The position numbers and the translations under genes were made by a program. Below, piece by piece: positions 12,271 through 13,692 of a stretch of 13,692 nucleotides of DNA. How positions within the stretch are numbered: the first letter of the stretch is position 1; each line of letters starts with the position of its first letter. The notes beneath the pieces were generated by a model. That model had not been told where the DNA came from, made no database searches, and worked only from the letters and a program-made list of their open reading frames with translations. The DNA lies in IMG/VR virus record IMGVR_UViG_3300030320_000050, positions 1 to 13,692 of that record; one strand, 5' to 3'. This stretch comes from a virus.

Positions 12271-13542
12271 ATGGCAGAGTTTGATAAAATCAACATTGAT
12301 GCCGTCTCCTACAAAGTCAAAGATACCACCGCCAGACAGCAGATCGCTGACGAAATTACCGCCCGCGAGCAGGCAGATACACAGCTGCAGCAGGCCATTA
12401 CAGCAGAGCAGAACGCCCGCAAGCAGGCTATTACGGCAGAGCAGACCGCCCGCGAGCAGGCTATCACAGCAGAGCAGAACGCCCGCGAGCAGGCGGACAA
12501 AAAGCTCCAAAACGAGATTGACGTCCTGCATAGCATCGCCCGCCCGAAAAAGTACCTATTTGTCGGTGACAGCTATTCAATGGGAGAGGGGGCCGGTGTA
12601 AGTCCTGGCATGGGATGGGCTCAAAAAGTCCCGCAAATTCTGGGCCTTGCATCCGGTGAATATTACAAAGCATGCCAAGGTGGATATGGATTTTCCAGGG
12701 CTGGCTACAAATTCGCAGACCTTGTAACGTCCGTATTGCCCACAATCCCGGACCCGACTGAAATCACCGATATTTACGTTTTCGGCGGGTACAATGACAA
12801 CAACTACGCCGGCAACACAATCACGGCAGACATCGCTTCTTTTGCAAGGCTCTGCAAAACAAATTTCCCGAATGCCATTGTGCATATTGGTATGATTGCA
12901 TGGAGCCCGGACAGGCAAGCCAGAGCCAACATTGCCAATAACGTACTGCCCGCATATGCCGCATGTGGTGAGAGCAACTGTGCATACCTGCCGGGATGTG
13001 AGCAGATCATGCACAATTATACACTGTTTTCGTCCGACAACATTCACCCCAATGATGCAGGGTATCAGTTGCTAGCGGGAGCTATTGTAAGCGCTATTAA
13101 AACGGGCGCCTATGCCGCGCAATTTGCGTACAACAGCATTGAGCTTACACCCGCTGGCATTGCAACAAAATATTCATGGGGTGGATTTTCGGAATGCATT
13201 TATGCAAACACCTGGACCCTTGCAAAAGCAGACGACAACAGACTGACCGTCACTTGTGCATCCCAAACAATTAAGGGAGACACAAAGTATAGTATCGGCA
13301 CACTTTCGACAAAATACGGACGCCCGTATGATATCGCTATGGCTTGCCAAGCTATGACGACAGGGTATGTTGTGGGTGATGGAGGATTCCACAAAATCAA
13401 CTGTCAGCTAATGGTAAAAGGCACGGACCTCTCCATTCTAAACGTTACATTGCCCGACACGGGTGCATATGTCAATTTGACAGGAGTAACGCAGATCGCC
13501 CTACAGATTCCAACGTTTACTATGTGTTCGTTGTTTGTGTAA
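12271..13542 (+). CDS. Tail fiber with coiled-coil stalk, SGNH/GDSL esterase domain and C-terminal beta-rich domain, 423 aa
   Basis: ATG 12271 lies 5 nt after AAGGAGG. SGNH blocks are present: block I YLFVGDSYSMGEG, block II QGGYGF, block III FGGYNDNN and block V SSDNIHPNDAGY. The N-terminus has a VKDTTAR motif followed by 3 x 11-aa repeats. The upstream in-frame extension to 12175 is rejected. Confidence 0.8.
   Translation: MAEFDKINIDAVSYKVKDTTARQQIADEITAREQADTQLQQAITAEQNARKQAITAEQTAREQAITAEQNAREQADKKLQNEIDVLHSIARPKKYLFVGDSYSMGEGAGVSPGMGWAQKVPQILGLASGEYYKACQGGYGFSRAGYKFADLVTSVLPTIPDPTEITDIYVFGGYNDNNYAGNTITADIASFARLCKTNFPNAIVHIGMIAWSPDRQARANIANNVLPAYAACGESNCAYLPGCEQIMHNYTLFSSDNIHPNDAGYQLLAGAIVSAIKTGAYAAQFAYNSIELTPAGIATKYSWGGFSECIYANTWTLAKADDNRLTVTCASQTIKGDTKYSIGTLSTKYGRPYDIAMACQAMTTGYVVGDGGFHKINCQLMVKGTDLSILNVTLPDTGAYVNLTGVTQIALQIPTFTMCSLFV
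12394..12492 (+). repeat. Tandem repeat, 3 x 33 bp, inside the fiber gene (AITAEQNARKQ / AITAEQTAREQ / AITAEQNAREQ)
   Basis: Units at 12394-12426, 12427-12459 and 12460-12492 differ at only a few positions. A partial related unit (ITAREQAD) lies just upstream. Confidence 0.95.
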
Positions 13543-13551
13543 TAGCGTTTA

Positions 13552-13692
13552 TATTTCATAATCATTACTAGATCATACCCATTCCCCTTCCCTGCAGGGG
13601 GATGGGTACTGTTATTTGTGGGCACTAGCAGATTGCACAAAAATATATGCGTTTGGGGGAAAAAATTTGTGCAAAATGCTATTACGTGTCCC
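13552..13692. repeat. Right inverted terminal repeat (perfect 13597-13692, imperfect from about 13552)
   Basis: Reverse complement of the left end, as described for 1-140. Confidence 0.95.

Larger units (their letters stand above)
1..13692. mobile_element. Complete linear genome of a small phi29-like (protein-primed) podophage bounded by inverted terminal repeats
   Basis: The first 96 nt are the exact reverse complement of the last 96 nt. Between the repeats lie a protein-primed PolB, a gp16-like ATPase, and gp8-, gp9- and gp10-like structural proteins. All genes are on the + strand. The last gene stops 9 nt before the right repeat. Confidence 0.85.

Noticed and set aside
13404-13640. A 78-aa minus-strand ORF running into the right ITR.
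   Set aside because: It has no SD, it crosses the ITR and palindrome, and its sequence is low in complexity and looks arbitrary. The left-end copy of the same ITR sequence is not open in the equivalent way. Likely spurious.
1-13692. Alternative reading of the ITR-bounded element as a transposon, casposon, polinton-like element or linear plasmid carrying a PolB.
   Set aside because: There is no transposase, integrase or Cas1 and no target-site duplication context. The element instead encodes phi29-type capsid, portal, tail knob and encapsidation ATPase proteins, which identifies it as a tailed phage.
1-13692. Search for tRNA, CRISPR repeats, a diversity-generating retroelement, integrase or att sites, or stop-codon recoding.
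   Set aside because: I saw no cloverleaf-like segment, no spaced direct-repeat array, and no reverse transcriptase or recombinase motifs. All major genes are intact under the standard code with TAA, TGA and TAG all used as stops. A by-eye scan cannot exclude a very degenerate element.

Overview
The window appears to be one complete linear genome (13,692 bp) of a very small phi29-like, protein-primed podophage. It is bounded by inverted terminal repeats: 96 bp are perfect and the match extends to about 140 bp with three small indels. All credible genes are on the + strand, almost all with strong Shine-Dalgarno sites. Left to right: (1) a promoter-rich left end with several tiny early ORFs of unknown function, one strongly acidic. 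(2) A replication module with an SSB-like protein, a small ORF, a terminal-protein candidate and a family-B protein-primed DNA polymerase carrying YCDTDS. (3) A phi29 gp16-like encapsidation ATPase. (4) A near-consensus promoter that fires directly into a roughly 70-nt structured RNA ending in a U-tract. (5) A YvrJ-like small membrane protein, a hypothetical ORF, a scaffold candidate and a gp8-like major capsid protein followed by a terminator. (6) A gp9-like tail knob, an M23 peptidase, a gp10-like portal and a putative lower collar. (7) A three-gene fiber module ending in a coiled-coil plus SGNH/GDSL esterase protein. No tRNA, CRISPR array, integrase or reverse transcriptase is visible. Family assignments rest on motifs read by eye and on remembered phi29 protein sequences, not on database searches. 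The items most worth follow-up are the promoter, structured RNA and terminator cassette next to the packaging ATPase (a candidate packaging RNA or an antitermination-gated late switch), the ITR architecture, the operator-like repeats at the early promoters, the acidic first gene, and the mosaic fiber module with its esterase.
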